A DNA stretch of 64,000 nucleotides from an uncultured virus (IMG/VR IMGVR_UViG_3300022753_000048) (Duplodnaviria; Heunggongvirae; Uroviricota; Caudoviricetes): positions 1 through 64,000 of the IMG/VR virus record IMGVR_UViG_3300022753_000048; one strand, written 5' to 3'. The notes beneath the pieces are model-generated. The model saw nothing but the letters and a program-made list of their open reading frames with translations. It did no database searches and was not told where the DNA came from. Both the position numbers and the translations under genes were made by a program. The stretch's first letter is position 1. The number at the start of each line of letters is the position of its first letter. Below are positions 63,024 to 64,000 of the stretch, piece by piece.

Positions 63024-63581
63024 TTACAGCTCCAGACCCTCGAACATCCAGTCCTCGTAATCAGCTTCGGGAGAGAATTCCATATCGGGGAAGTTCTCAG
63101 CATAGGCAATCAGTCGCTCAAACATCCGCTTGGAGCTGGGCTGGATTGCAATGCCGTCTACCTCGCCATTGTGGCGGACTTCCTTGATTGCGTTGCAATC
63201 AATCAGCATAGCGGTGAACAGGTTAGTAGGAATCAACAGGGCAGGGGTGGAGCGGATCTCTTCCCATGCTTCCGCTTTCTTGGTTGCCTTGTGCTTCTGA
63301 ACGAAGTCCAACTTGTAAATCACGAAGCGGGACTTGTTAGAGCCGTCAAGCAGGTCATTGACTCGTCCGCCATTGGTCTTGCACTCAGCGGGCAGGTACT
63401 TGGCTTTGCCATTGACAACCACACGGACAGACACATCGGTCTTGCCTTGCTTAGCAACAGCGACTTTGCGGCTCTTTTCACGGGCGCACATCAGCTCGAA
63501 AGCTCGACCCCTTGCGCCTTGATTAGTGGTATTGCTCAGCTCATACTGAATAGCGGAAATGCGTCTTTCTTTAATAGTCAT
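63024..63581 (-). CDS. hypothetical protein, PD-(D/E)XK-like
   Basis: GRAFE...KTDV...AECKT. Confidence 0.55.
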   Translation of the reverse strand: MTIKERRISAIQYELSNTTNQGARGRAFELMCAREKSRKVAVAKQGKTDVSVRVVVNGKAKYLPAECKTNGGRVNDLLDGSNKSRFVIYKLDFVQKHKATKKAEAWEEIRSTPALLIPTNLFTAMLIDCNAIKEVRHNGEVDGIAIQPSSKRMFERLIAYAENFPDMEFSPEADYEDWMFEGLEL

Positions 63582-64000
63582 AAAATCAAATCCTTTCAAA
63601 ATTAAATTGTTTTTTGTGTATGCTTTTATGCGTCTAAACTCTAGCTTTTTATCGGTGAAACTGCCTTGCTACCATCCGCAACTATCCGACACATACACGC
63701 ACAACGGATACCGCACGACCCCACAAGGGTTGAAACCATTTATTTAGTTTTGCTATCGACCGAGGGAAACTTGCGTTGGTGTCTTGTGTTCCCCTGTGTC
63801 TATATACTATCACAGCATAGCACGGAAGTCAAGAAAAACTTGCATTTTTTCGTTCGTCAAAATGCACAAAGATGGGGGTGGGGTTTTGGGAATTTTGACA
63901 AATCGCACAATCCAAATCTCCCGGCCCTGGAAACAAAAAACACAGAAATAAAAAACTGGTGGAAACGCATTACACGTATTCCACCAGCTTATATTTGCCT

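Noticed and set aside
57014..63605. Long plus-strand ORFs (57014, 58540, 59158, 62543, 62937)
   Set aside because: Antisense shadows of minus-strand genes that have RBSs, promoters or recognisable motifs

Overview
This window is a 64-kb segment of a large, AT-rich lytic phage genome, probably infecting a Firmicutes/Clostridia host (sigmaA-type promoters, GGAGG RBSs, LysM/SH3b and SleB proteins). TAG is recoded to Gln (genetic code 15): many genes broken in the ORF track become full length when TAG is read as Q, and a CUA suppressor tRNA is present. From left to right: (1) a complete diversity-generating retroelement (target VR, avd, TR, RT), whose coding genes all need TAG read-through; (2) DNA ligase, a kinase, RNase H, a holin and GIY-YIG homing endonucleases; (3) a DUF2828/TROVE(Ro60)-like vWA protein; (4) a ~16-kb RNA island with ~34 tRNAs covering all 20 amino acids, several large structured ncRNA candidates, six free-standing endonucleases and an ArfA-like small ORF; (5) an accessory region with RNA-end-healing and NAD-salvage genes and TAG-recoded tail-fibre-like cassettes; (6) a minus-strand array of mostly single-gene cassettes, each headed by the palindrome TTTAGACG-N5-CGTCTAAA. 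The most striking signal is a 10-member family of small RNAs. They share a covarying terminal stem plus CAGCAA and carry interchangeable tRNA-mimic cargo: bare anticodon stem-loops, whole tRNAs or circularly permuted tRNAs. One copy forms the 5' leader of the Ro60-like gene, which suggests a modular Y-RNA-like/Ro60-like RNP system. All calls are by eye, with no database searches run. Coordinates were counted by hand and may be off by a few bases.
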